From the NCBI GenBank assembly GCA_023213395.1, contig CM041465.1:213411741-213475740 (forward strand): DNA of 64,000 nucleotides. The letters run 5' to 3'. Below, piece after piece: positions 51,307 to 63,310 of the stretch; the stretch's first letter is position 1, and the number at the start of each line of letters is the position of its first letter. The translations under genes and the position numbers were made by a program. This DNA is from Cycas panzhihuaensis (lineage: Eukaryota; Plantae; Cycadophyta). Under the pieces are notes generated by a model. It ran no database searches. It was not told the DNA's origin and was given only the letters and a program-made list of their open reading frames with translations.

Positions 51307-52630
51307 GTTATAACCCACCATGAGGCATTCCCATATGCATTGCCTCTTCTCCAAGGCTAGAACCATGTATTAACTTGTCCTCTCTCCGCAATGCCCTTCA
51401 TGAAAGGATGCTCCCATAGACCAAATATAGGAACGGTGTCCAGGTCTCATTCTTGGACACTCGAGCAATCCCGACAAATGGTGATTACTTTCCCCTAGTG
51501 CTTTGAAATCATTTCTATGCCATTATCCACTTATGGGTTCCTCTTCTGACAAATTGAAGTGTGTACCTTCAATAATTAATCCTTCATTCCAACACACAGA
51601 GGAATTCTAAGTATTTAAATGGCAATTCCAATTAAGTTTCAATCATAGGAAAAACACTTACATAATATAATTTTATTTTGAGAGAGCTCAATGGCATTTG
51701 TTTTCCATTAATTCAATGCACCTTTTAAGTAGATAATTGGTTATCGAGCTTAGATAACTCATCTTCAAGAGCACCTTTTACTCCTTAACCCACCAAGTGA
51801 GTACGGTTCACTCAACAATCATTCATAATGATCACCCTAGTTTCTAGTTACATCACAATCAACATGTTCATTCTTTTCCAAAGGAGTTTACCGATCTCAT
51901 CGCAACAGATGTTCATGAAAACACTTAGTAACCAATGCATATGGCCTACCCTTCCTAAGCACTCGCTGCACTTAGGCTTCGAACACTTAATGTACTTGGA
52001 TACACAATCCCACGTATTGGAGTAATTACATCCATACCATGGTCTTAATATTAAGTGTTTGAGATTTGACTTTGATTCGTAGATATGTGCTTTTATTATT
52101 ACTTCTATCCCCATTTATTCATATCCAAGGTAGTAAAATGAATCACAACATAACATGGTCTATTTACGAACCACTTGCATTTGCATATTCATCATGTATT
52201 GTTATAACAACATACCATCATTAAATAAGCCACATTTCATACTATAACCACTATAACTATGCACTCACGCTTATCCTTATGTTAACAAACCATGTCATTC
52301 CTCGCCACATAGTTATTATTCGCTGACATGCACATCATTATGCCATTAATTTAACATTACAACAACAAGACAAGTAAAAATGCAACATTGATTACTTTAT
52401 TGTGAGCATGTATATATGTTTACATGTATTCAACGCCCAATAGTACATATATCACTTGCATTCCAATCATTGTTCTTCATTTACTTCCCCATGTGTTGAC
52501 TGCTCAACATATCCATTTATGCATCTGTGCATCATTTATTGCATGTGTTACAGATGAACATACTCAACATTATCAGCATGCATCAAAATTGACTATAAAT
52601 AGTCCAAATCAATTTTTTGGGTGCATTTAT

Positions 52631-53255
52631 TGAAAGACTCAATGGAGACAACATAGGAACCAGAATCTATTGAGAAGTCGATGAGGACATCGTAATGTGA
52701 AGGACAAAGACTTAGATTAATGAAAATGATGTAGTACAAATATGAAAGATGATAGGGAGGAGTATTGAACCTCAACTCAACCTATCTCACATACAAACAT
52801 GAAGGAGAATTACTCTCAATACTTCACCTATAAGAAATACTTACAGCAACATAACACTAACACAAAAATACTACATGCCAAAACATAAGAATAGGGCTCC
52901 TTATAAAGGAGAATGGATGATCAGGATCTCAACACATGTCATTGATCAAGACTAGGAGCCTAATCTGACTAGGACTCTACTATCTCCAAGGATAAGGTAA
53001 GAGCCCACAAACGTTGACTTATCACAAGAGACAAAGCCCACAAACGTTGACTTCTCACAAGCACATGTGAAAAAAGTCACTACAAGACAAAGCCCACAAA
53101 CGTTGACTTCTCACAAGCACATGTGAGGAAAGTCACTACAGGACAAAAGACAATTTTATAATGCAACAAATGACACTTTAGGATTAAGGGCCTAAAGTGA
53201 CAAAAATATAAATACACTAGGTCAATACTTAATGCTAGGAATGAAGGTTCTAACA
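52631..53255 (-). mobile_element. Solo LTR (625 bp) with TTTAT target-site duplication
   Basis: TG...CA termini. TTTAT at 52626-52630 and 53256-53260. Three internal copies of agcccacaaacgttgactt at 53003-53110. Confidence 0.85.
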
Positions 53256-53394
53256 TTTATAACTAACTAGATAGACTTTACACATAATTGACCATACAAT
53301 CACTATGTATACAATTGTAAGCAACACTAAATGTGTCTTTATGGTGAGCTTTTCATGTATATGTATTAATTTTAATTACATTTTCTGGCGACAT

Positions 53395-53850
53395 AAAAGG
53401 GTATTTTAAGATAATTATTTTCATATAATTTATCCTCTTTTAAAGGGAACTTTTGGCAACATTTTAAAGAATATTTCAAGAGGATTTCTTCAAAGTACAT
53501 TATCCTCTTTAGAAATATTAATTGGGTTTAATACCTTAAGAGGACATTAAGCTATTTCAAGCTTGATAAAGATATTTTTAATGGCTTCAATGTAAGAGTA
53601 CTTCAAGAGGGTTTTAAGCTATTTAACTTTGTACTTTATCCTCTTGGCTTCATTCAAAGAGTACTTCAAGGGCAATTTTTTCATGTACCTTATCCTCTTT
53701 AGAGTATATCTTTTGACTCTCTTTTAAGAGGACTTTTCAATGTACTTTGTCCTCTTTTGAGAGTATTTTAAGAGGATTTTTTAATGTACTTCATCCTCTT
53801 TTGATGGTATATTTAAAAAGTCTTTTGAATCTTTTAATATATACTCTTAA
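53395..53850. repeat. AT-rich degenerate array with inverted AAGAGGA/TCCTCTT motifs
   Basis: Many copies of aagagga...tgtac(t)ttatcctctt. Confidence 0.6.
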
Positions 53851-54721
53851 TGTGTAATCCACCTTGCAGTCACTGAGTGATACGTGACACTCACACTTGT
53901 GATGGTTTGAACACTCCTTCTCTTAATTTCCTTCATTACAAAATTCATTATAAGTTTGTGAATTGCTAACTATAGTTTGTCAAATTCACTGAGAATCTAA
54001 GAAAGTTTTATGTGATGTGAAAATATAACGTTCTCCAACCTTACAAAGGCCTATGGAAGTTGTTGAAGCAAAAGACAAGAAACCAAAATGGGCCCAATTG
54101 TTGGCATTGCAAAAGAGACACAACACGACGTAGCACAACATGGCAAGACAAGAACCTAGAACACTAGCAATCATTAATCTGCCAATGATTAATGAGTTAA
54201 TTACTCATCTTTAAGAAAATTGCTTGCATATGATGCAAGAAGACTCTTACGGATTTATAAGAGTCTTGATACTTGCTTTACTCTTGTAAAATGTCTATGC
54301 TCTATCTCTCTTCATCTACATAAATTAAAGGAGATGAGTGAATTGTGTTATTGAAAGTGTGGAGTACATCACTCATAACAACCTACATGATGCTTGTCAT
54401 ACCTTTGTAACAAATTAGACTACCTCAACCTCTTTCATTTATAAGTTGGGTAGCTTATTACTACAACATATTGTGTTATGGTTATGATAGTAGCAGCGTT
54501 GTAGTGTTAATAAAAACACCTAACAATTTTATGAAGGAACAATAACTTGGCAATAATAATAGTGCATAAAACCAAACATGATATTGTATGCCAAGATTGT
54601 GACATTTGGAGAAACAGGGCAATGAACATGATTTTCACGCATTGATGATCACAATTACCATGTACTGCATGAGGATGATGAAATCCTCTTTGGTAGCTTT
54701 GTATAGGCAACTGAAAAGGCA

Positions 54722-55010
54722 TAATCAACAATAGAATGTGGATAACACTTAATTTTTGTTGATACTAATCAACAACAGGATGTGTATGACCACTTAGTTC
54801 TAGTTGAAGCCTAATCAACAACAGGATGTGGATGACACTTAGTTCTGGTTGATCCTAACCAACAACAAGATGTGGATGACCACTTAATTCTAGTTGATTT
54901 CTTATAGTAGTAAAGGTTGAATCAACAACAGGATGTGTATTAAGACTTAGTTCTCGTTGATCTTAATCAACAATAGGATGTGTATTAGCACTTAGTTCTG
55001 ATTGATTTCT
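54722..55010 (+). repeat. ~44-46 bp minisatellite, 6 copies
   Basis: taatcaacaacaggatgtg...cacttagttct.gttga at 54722, 54766, 54811, 54855, 54920 and 54964. Confidence 0.9.
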
Positions 55011-55600
55011 TGCAATAGTAAGAAATAGTTGACAGTTTCTTTGTCTTCCACCAAGGCAATATACAAAGTAGCAATTACAACATCTGAGAAGCCCCTTCGG
55101 CTTATTGGACTTCTTAACCATATGTAACTTGTTCAGTTGTTCTATGACAACCAAGGTGCCTTTCAGCTATCAAAGAATTAGGTTTCCATAAGAGTCAAGC
55201 ATGTGGAAGTTTACCATCGTTCTATTCGACAACAAGTGGAGTATGGCATAGTTGAGTTGATGTATTGTCCCTCAAAGATCAAGATGTTGATGTTCTCACC
55301 TAGAATTTGGGTTGTGAGAAGTTTGAAAGACTTAGGACACTGATGTTTGTGCAAAGAAATGAACTTAACACTATGGGAGGGTGTTAGAAGTAATGTACAT
55401 TCTTATTTCATGTTAATTTAAGTTCATTTCTAATGTAATTAGAATATTTTCTCATAGGGAATATTCTTAATGAGAACATATTCTTAGTTAAAATATTCTT
55501 GATCAAGTCATTTAATATGGTGGTTAGTAGGAATCAAAGATGGTTGAAATATTAAATGTTGTAGTTGATGGCCTACCATAATTTGAGGGAGTAGTTAATT
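54964..55600 (+). mobile_element. Copia RNaseH fragment, PPT and LTR start
   Basis: STIGCVLALSS..ISCNSKK*LTVSLSSTKA.YK, FYDNQGA, KHVEVYH. PPT gggaggg then TGTTAG at 55382. Confidence 0.7.
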
Positions 55601-58600
55601 AACCATTATGATATGGTTAGAACTAATTCCTATCTTTAGTACATATGTAGTCTATATATTATGTACTCTATTATGTTTGATAATGAGATTGTTGGAGAGT
55701 TGTGAAACATTGACATATTGTCATCTCTTGCCTATTTGTGCATGTGCTTTATGTCATGTCTCCTCCTCTTATCCACTCATTCCAATTGTCCAGCCATCAT
55801 GTATGCATGTGTGCATGCTAATGTGATGCCTAATATCAGTTACTATGCATGTATATGATTGTTTCTAAATGTACTATCATGTACCATGCAAACATCCAAT
55901 ATAAAATGCTTTAAAACTTATCGTATGGCAATAATTAAATGAAAATTTTGAAACAAATGATATAATTTGTATGTATAATGATTGTATAGTATTATGTATA
56001 AAGTCATCCTCAAACTCATTATGAAGTTTCATTTAGTTGAGAGTTCATGTGATCACTCAAACAACCATTTTTTAAGGCTATACTCATTTCCTTGGCCTCA
56101 TATTTTCCATTGTTTCTTCATTCATTAAAACATTTATTACTATTATACAACCTACATAAATAGTCAAACTATATAGCTACTATGTATACACTGGCACAAT
56201 ACCATCCAACCCTTCAAATGATGAGTTTTGGTCTTTTTCTTGAGAGTTTAAGAGACTAGTACTTGTTTAAGAGAGTTTCTAGCCCAATTGCTATTGCACT
56301 GCTAAATTGGATTCAAAAATCCTTCTTTGACAATGCTACTACCTTATACAATACATAGTGCAAACAGTTAAGGTAGCGTTTCAGCAAAAGAATACAACCA
56401 TTCTAGCCACAATAAGCATTCCAACAAAGCTTTCGACAACATTCCATTTTCCAATAGTGTTCCCCAACACTCCAAGTAAGGGTTTAGTGAACATTCCTAA
56501 TTCTGGGTAAGAAACATTAAGCGTTATGCTTGTTTGAAGCTTTCTATAGATTCTTTCTCCATTCCAAAGCATTCCATATTCTGTAAGAAGATCAGTACAA
56601 GTATGGGGGTGTAGAGAAATGCCAATTGATATTGAAGGAAATTATTTGCCAAGGTTAAAGAAGGAATATGAGCAAATGCTAGATGAATTCAAAGCAATAA
56701 TAATCAAGGCAACATAAAGCAAAGTTTGCCTAGCTCCTAGTATTATACTAGCATCAAGAATTAATGAATACAAACCATTGTAGGACTTATGGGCGAGAAT
56801 GGCAAGAGAGTTGAGATATCCATCAATGTAATATGGATGTTACCAAGATTGCCAAAAAAAGGTGTTGTTGTATGACAACAAGAGAAGCGATGTTAATCAT
56901 GAAATTATAAACAACGTAATTTGTAGACCCAGTGCACAATTATATTCAAGAGATATCAAAATTCACAATTGAATAGATGGTCAACTAAGATCCATTGCCA
57001 AGGTGTTGGTAATGAAATTATTGGGGAAGAAAAAACTCACTTACTACCTTGTAACAATGACTATAGTGGTAAAGCTAGTGTAGCAAGGAAAGTTGCTCAA
57101 TTGGAGCAAATTCATATCATATTCTATAAGATAGTAGTTACAAAAGCCTTGAGGCATGAAGCAAATTTTCTTGCATCCATCACTACTATTGGGTATATTG
57201 TTCTTATAATGCCCCACAACACAACCACCGTATGAGGAGATCAAGGCTAACACTCGCCACTCATGCAACAATGGGTATAGGTTTTTTCATATGAAATTGC
57301 ATCACCAAAGATTAGGGGACAGCTAATAGCATCAATGAGATGATTAATAGGATGGTTCCACAAAGAAGCAATGAAACAATAGCGTCATAGGCCAAAGCAA
57401 AAGGCTAAAAAGAAAGTTAAGTGACCAAGACTTTTAAAGGTATAAGAATATTCCCAGTCACCACAATCAGAATTGAGAGAGGCACCAATTCATATGCCCA
57501 CTGCACAACATACACCTATTCGCCAGGACCCAAATGAGGAAACATATTAAGCAAGAGAAGTTGCACGAAACAAATTCCAACAAATACGAAATCTATTGGA
57601 TTTGATTGAAATGAAGGATGGTTACTCGAGCATAAATTGGCACTAAAAGAAGGAAAAGTGGAGAATTTGACAAGGTTAAATTAGGAAACGGTACAACAAT
57701 TCACTAAAAAGGATAAGATCATTTAGCAACTACAAGAAGAATTGACAACAAAGCAATAACAGATTATCGATCTATAGGAGCAACTTGTGAAAAATGAACT
57801 AGAGAATAGTAGTCCCATACAAAATTTTGGACAAAATTTGGGCATATTTTTGGAGTTTGAGCATTGATGCACAACCATTTTGTAACCCCCAGATAAATGC
57901 ATGTAGTAGAGCTAGTCATTGGAATGGCTAGGAACAACCCAAGAAATGGTTCAGGCAAACTGGAATGACAAAAGCAAGCAAAATACACAATCAATGAACA
58001 CAAAAATAGCCATACAAACAATTGATATAATAAAGCATGCATGTCACAAGCAAAGTATACTATCCACAAATGGTTGAAATAATCATCAAGAATGATTGGC
58101 ATGGGCAATAATGGTTTAGACAATCTATAAGTATGGTTTAAACAATCTACAATAGTTAGATTAAACAATTGTAGCAAATCAAGAACAACTAGTGAAATTA
58201 GTGTATAACTACAACAGGAATTGTACACCAAGACCATATAGATGTGCAAAATTATGAAGCATCATGACTAGTCAAAGTTGTATTAGGTTAATGAGTCATT
58301 TGCTATGAGAAGTCAAAGGTCATATGTTAAATGTCACTTATTTGTATCAAGGCACCTATTTTAGGGTAAAAATAGGCCATTCCATACCCCATTTGGGTGT
58401 AAGAGTTGAGTCACTTGATCATAGGTAATGCTCTAGAGTGGGAGAGCTGATCAATTTGGTGTGTCCCCAGCAAAGGTAGGCAATCATGTATACAACCATC
58501 ATCTAATGCAATATTAAGTAATGAAGAACATTGTGTCTGCCATTGTGTATGTGTGAATGTGCTTTGTTTGAGGATTCCTATATATATAGGCATGTAAAAA

Positions 58601-61236
58601 GCCTAACTTGTAGAGATGAAGCATTGAAGACATCAAATGGAGTCATGAGGAGTCAACCAATGACAAATTGAAGGCAACACATGGCCATGAAGCAAATGGG
58701 CAACCTTGGGGCAGCCAATGCACCAGTTCATAGTCAATGATAACAGAACCCATGAAACCTTTGTTTGGAGGGGCAGATTGGATTCTCCAAACCTTTATTC
58801 CTACAAACTCCATAAGCTTGAATTAGATATAATGTCAAAGCTCAATTATTAATCAATAAATAGTCACAATTGCGATGCCAAAGGTTGGCAACATTTCATA
58901 TTGCAACTTATGGCAACAATCTCACACTACAATTGATGTGAGAGCCAAATCGATCAAGTTGATTACAACCAATTTATTTGTCTTATGCAAAACATTCAAT
59001 GATATAATGTTAATACATGTTGTAAACCAAATTCATAGGTTAATTAATAATGGTATTATTCACTTCACAATAAAAAATACACCCTTTAATAAGCGATCAT
59101 ATCCCTTCGATATTAATTAAATAATACTATTACTAATTAACTTATGAATTCAGTTCGTAACAAGATTAATAACTTCACTAACAATAGTATTATTCAATAA
59201 ATAATGAAAGAATATGACCACTTATTAGCACATGTATCTTTCATTAATAATTAAATAACAGCATTAACAAGTGACCTATGAAATTGGTTCACAGCAATAC
59301 AAGTTATGAATGCCATGCATGTCTTGTATAATCCAAAAATATGTGCAAACTCTAGTGAGAGCAATACACAAGGAGAATGACCCATGTTGGACCATCAATC
59401 AACCTCTAAGCATTATAAATAACTAAGTGCCAAGCCATACCAGGATAGCCATATGAGGGCCAACATTTAGTCAACATAATAACTCAAGGCATAAGTACAC
59501 CCTTCTCCCACTATTAAACTATTAAATGTGCTTTGGAATACTCCAAGCTACTAAGGCAAATACCACCCCATCAAACATGTAAAACATCCACAAAATACAT
59601 AACCTTTTTCAGCATCATTAACCTTTGTATTTTGTTGAATGTTTCAATGTTTATGGCTAGTAACAATCCCATGGAACTTTCTTCTATAGCAATCCATTGT
59701 TGATTAAGAGGTTGTTGAAATGAATTGTTTGCAACTAGGTAATTACATGTTGGCAATGATCAATTATGTAGTAGCCACTGCAAGACTTTCTGTTCTTATG
59801 ATGAGAACAGAATTTTAACAACAGCTAAGAGTCTTAATCAACTCTGATTTTTAAGTTCTAACCAACGTGGACAACCATAATACAACAAAATACAGATTCT
59901 TCCTGTTTTATCTCATTTTATTATTTTTTTAGCAAGCAAAATCTTAAGACCACAATTATATGGCAAATATCTGACAAAAGGAACAGGAGAGAAATTGAAT
60001 CTCTCTTCCCTTCGTCCCCTCTTCTTGGATTCAATAACAAGAGGGGACAAAGGGAAGAGAGTATTTCTGGCTTTAAGGCTAAATGAAGAATTTGTCTATC
60101 TTCATGGTTGGCATTTATGGTTTTGAAGATTATACCTGTGGATCATTCATCCACTGCAGTTTCAAATTAGTTGATGTTCAAAAGTTGTTTGATGAGCCAT
60201 AATGAGTCATACACCACTATATGTGTTGCAACATAATGATAAAATAGCCTTCCAGACTCACAATTGTGTATGAGGCATACACTTCTCCGCTTTTTTCATC
60301 TCATTATTATAAATTATTAGGTATAAAATTTATTTTCAATTCATTAAGTAGTAACACTTTATCCCATAATTATTGGGTATGAATCAATGTCATGAACATC
60401 ATATAAATGGTAGGTAATTCAATGACTATGTTCAATCCATAATATTGTAATTCAATGTATTTATGATTACCAACAACTGTGGAGTTTACCCAGATCTTTG
60501 GACTTGCATTCTAAGAAGATGAGGTTTACAGTTCCATACATTTCAATTGTCTTTCATCCTGTTTTGTAACAGCTTTCTCCCATAGTGTATGGTATCGGAG
60601 GTCCCTTATTTTGTATTTCATAACAGTCAAATTTATTGCTCGTTATAACAATCTAACAGAATAATGACCACAGGCAACCCTTGCCTGACTGATACCTCTT
60701 TGTATAGCATTACATAACTGACGCTAAATTGGAACCTGCAACTTACAATTGAATGTGGTTAGCTCTCCAGCACACAATTCCTTCTGCGTTATTGGTCAGC
60801 CATAAATCCATTGACAGTTTGAATATCAAAGCGCAGACAGATCTACAGACTGACATAATGGGTAACTGTTAATGTGCTATCTTCTTTGCCTATCTGGTAG
60901 TTTCTTTGCTCTGTAAAGAAGATCAATAACAAGAAACTTCGTGGGAGTAAAAGGGAATCTTCCAAAATAGCGCATCCTTGGTTATACTTATCAATATTGT
61001 ATTGGTTGCTCTCCAAGTCTGCTTGTTTATTTTTCCTTTCTATCGTCTTTCACTCAGATGACCTGCTTTATTATGATGCTCATTACCAGTTTGCTTCGGT
61101 TAGGGAACCTTGCCTTATTACCCTTTCAAAGATTAAGGGGTCACTAGGTTGTCGCACACTAGACAGTTCCGTCCTTAAGTGTTTGCTCCCCCACCCCCCC
61201 ACCCCAAAGGGTTTACCTCGTGATGGAACGTTTGGC

Positions 61237-61269
61237 CCTAGCACCTTTGTGCAATGGAGCTCAATTAGG
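61237..61269 (-). promoter_or_regulatory. Candidate U1A-binding RNA hairpin (U1 snRNA stem-loop II mimic) in U1A intron 1
   Basis: Pre-mRNA reads CCUA AUUG AGCUCC AUUGCACAAA GGUGCU AGG. The AUUGCAC heptamer (61255-61249) opens a 10-nt loop closed by C-G, with 5 of 6 stem positions paired. Function is inferred. Confidence 0.45.
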
Positions 61270-61668
61270 ATTTAGGTGAGGGTAGGTTGTTGGCTTGGTT
61301 AGCGTCAGGGTTTAGTTAGGGTTCCTAACCTGGTTAAAATCGGTAATCCTAGCCGCGCTAGGGCTAGAATTGTCAAATTAGCCCAGTCTAAGCTAGGTCG
61401 TGAGGGCGAGCCAGTTGGGAAATTTAGCAACAATAATACCATTAGTTCTCTTGCAATCGTATGCTACATTTTGTTACACGGTTATAGCGAAGGGCCGGGG
61501 CCTGTACATGGATTATATTTGGCCTTGCTGATTTCGTCTAACCCATTCAACTCAACACCAGCGAAGTTACCAGATATTTGTGAAAATATTCAGAAAAAAT
61601 AAAAGAATGAATCGAAATACATGATAAGCGAATGAAATCGCAGAGATTTAGAATGGGCGATTGCATAC

Positions 61669-61732
61669 CTTCTATCTTGGTCTTCTCATTGAGATTGTTG
61701 ATGTAAATGGTCATGTTTGGAGGAATCTCCAT
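61669..61732 (-). CDS. U1A: U1 snRNP protein A (U1A/U2B''/SNF family), coding exon 1
   Basis: Encodes MEIPPNMTIYINNLNEKTKIE+G, including the RRM1 RNP2 motif TIYINNLNEK. Ends at AG|GTATGC donor (GT at 61668-61667), phase 1. An in-frame TAG lies 18 codons upstream of the ATG, so this Met is the start unless an upstream coding exon splices in. Confidence 0.9.
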
Positions 61733-61989
61733 CTTTACCTCTGCTGGTGATTGTGGCGCTGCTGCTGTTTTGCCAAAACTGTTCTAAATAAATCAATTCC
61801 CTCGAAACCTTTCAGGTTCTCTGTAAAGCCCTATCAAAAATCTCACATTCTCATACAAAAACTTCCATACAATGTTTCGATGCGTAAGAGTGGGGATTTT
61901 TCAAAACAAGCGCCAAGCCTCCTAAAACAGTCATGCTCTTCTTGTATTAGTAGTGGGTAAGGTTCTTGGATTCGAGAGTCAGGGTCTTG

Positions 61990-62030
61990 GTGAACTTGGG
62001 CTTTTCGCACCTTTTTCTTGGGCGCAGGAC
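61990..62030 (-). promoter_or_regulatory. Possible site II (TGGGCY)-like motifs in the U1A proximal promoter/5' region
   Basis: TGGGCT (~61997) and TGGGCG (~62019) in a CpG-retaining segment ~270 bp upstream of the ATG. Short motifs, so weak evidence. Confidence 0.3.
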
Positions 62031-62114
62031 GGAAAGACGGGAGTCGAGATTTTGCTAAGTGTCCTCCAATCTACACTTCCCCCTTTTATTTTCAAATGAC
62101 GGTATTTTAAACAA

Positions 62115-62115
<1 letters not shown>

Positions 62116-62156
<41 letters not shown>
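62116..62156. repeat. (TG)n microsatellite upstream of U1A
   Basis: About 20 perfect TG units. Confidence 0.95.
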
Positions 62157-62159
<3 letters not shown>

Positions 62160-63034
62160 TTTGTTTTGATTTTAATAAGTGTTATTATAAGTTGATCCAT
62201 GTTTTACAATATTCAAGAACAAGGTAAGTGGCAAATCTAAAGTAAGAAGATCTATCTAAAACCATTATCCTTGCAAAAAATATATTCCACCATATGATGG
62301 ATATATTGGTCCATCATATACACTCCATGAAATGAAAAATTATTTCGATAGAGTGTTCAACTATTCCAAAGATTAAGTTATAAGCTTGTAAACAAGCCCA
62401 AACCAAACCTAATTTAAATTGACCTATTTACAAAGTTCCTTTTTCCAACCACAACAATAATAATAAAAGTAGATGGCCCTAAACATAAAATGTTTCTACT
62501 CTACCACCCAAATCTAAGACTCTTTATGTATCTTTTGAGGAAGCAAACCCATTATCCAGCAATAAGTAAATAGTTTCTTCTAAAAAAAATCTTCCTCCCA
62601 TGCATAAAGGGAAAATGATAGTTAATTTAATTGATACCATTGATTCCTTTATTACTATGAAAGTTCTTACTAGCAAATATTTGGAAGAAGGTTATTTCTC
62701 TCAATCTAAATTACTTATTCTTCCTAAGATCCCTATGTGTGCAATATGCTTTGATTTCAATTGAGCCATCCCACTTAATGTTAAGGGTAAGTCACATTCT
62801 ATTGTGGTTAAATTATGGACTATTATTATTAGTATCTCCATGCTGGATACTTTATATTCTTACTCTGATTAAATCCAATAACTTTTAGAGGCCTTAGGAA
62901 TTATAGGTGTGGATCTTAACACAAGGGTATTTAAACTTGTTATTACTTTTCATCCTTCCACACTCCCCTCTGAAAGTCAATAGCCCATAAATTCCCTTTT
63001 ATTTTTTATTTCAATTAAAATTAGAAAACTTCAC

Positions 63035-63310
63035 CTTAATTATATTTTGGTTGACAATGGATCATCCATTAATGTGATGCCCATACATTTCATGCCTCTT
63101 CTTAAGATTTAAGCCTATAAGGCAATCTCTTAAGACCATTGTGGCTTTAATAATTTATGCAGAAAACCTTGAGGAGTTATTACACTTCCTAGTACAACTA
63201 AAGACAAAATGGATAATAAGGAAATTACTCTCATAAAAAAAGACCTTCACTACAACCTTTTGTTGGGTCATTATTAGATTAATACAATAGAAGCCATATG
63301 TTCTCTCTTT
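63035..63310 (+). mobile_element. Gypsy aspartic protease remnant
   Basis: YILVDNGSSINVMP ... DLHYNLLLG. Confidence 0.65.

Larger units (their letters stand above)
36683..61668 (-). other. U1A intron 1 (24,986 bp, GT-AG, phase 1)
   Basis: Bounded by the GTATGC donor and TTCCAG acceptor. The frame is preserved across the junction. Confidence 0.85.

Noticed and set aside
54722-55010. Palindromic-ended ~45-bp repeats resembling a CRISPR array
   Set aside because: No unique spacers, no cas genes, eukaryotic context, and the unit derives from copia coding sequence.
57764-58249. 161-aa hydrophobic ORF as a membrane protein
   Set aside because: Composition reflects a T-rich strand. No motif or splice support.
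61200-61300. U1 snRNA gene or pseudogene
   Set aside because: Only the SLII-like loop is present. There is no AUACUUACCUG 5' end or Sm site, and the SLI-like match lies on the wrong side.
1-61668. Orientation bias of intronic TEs and near-equal sizes of introns 1 and 2
   Set aside because: Both orientations occur and nested elements are not independent. The size similarity has no mechanistic support.
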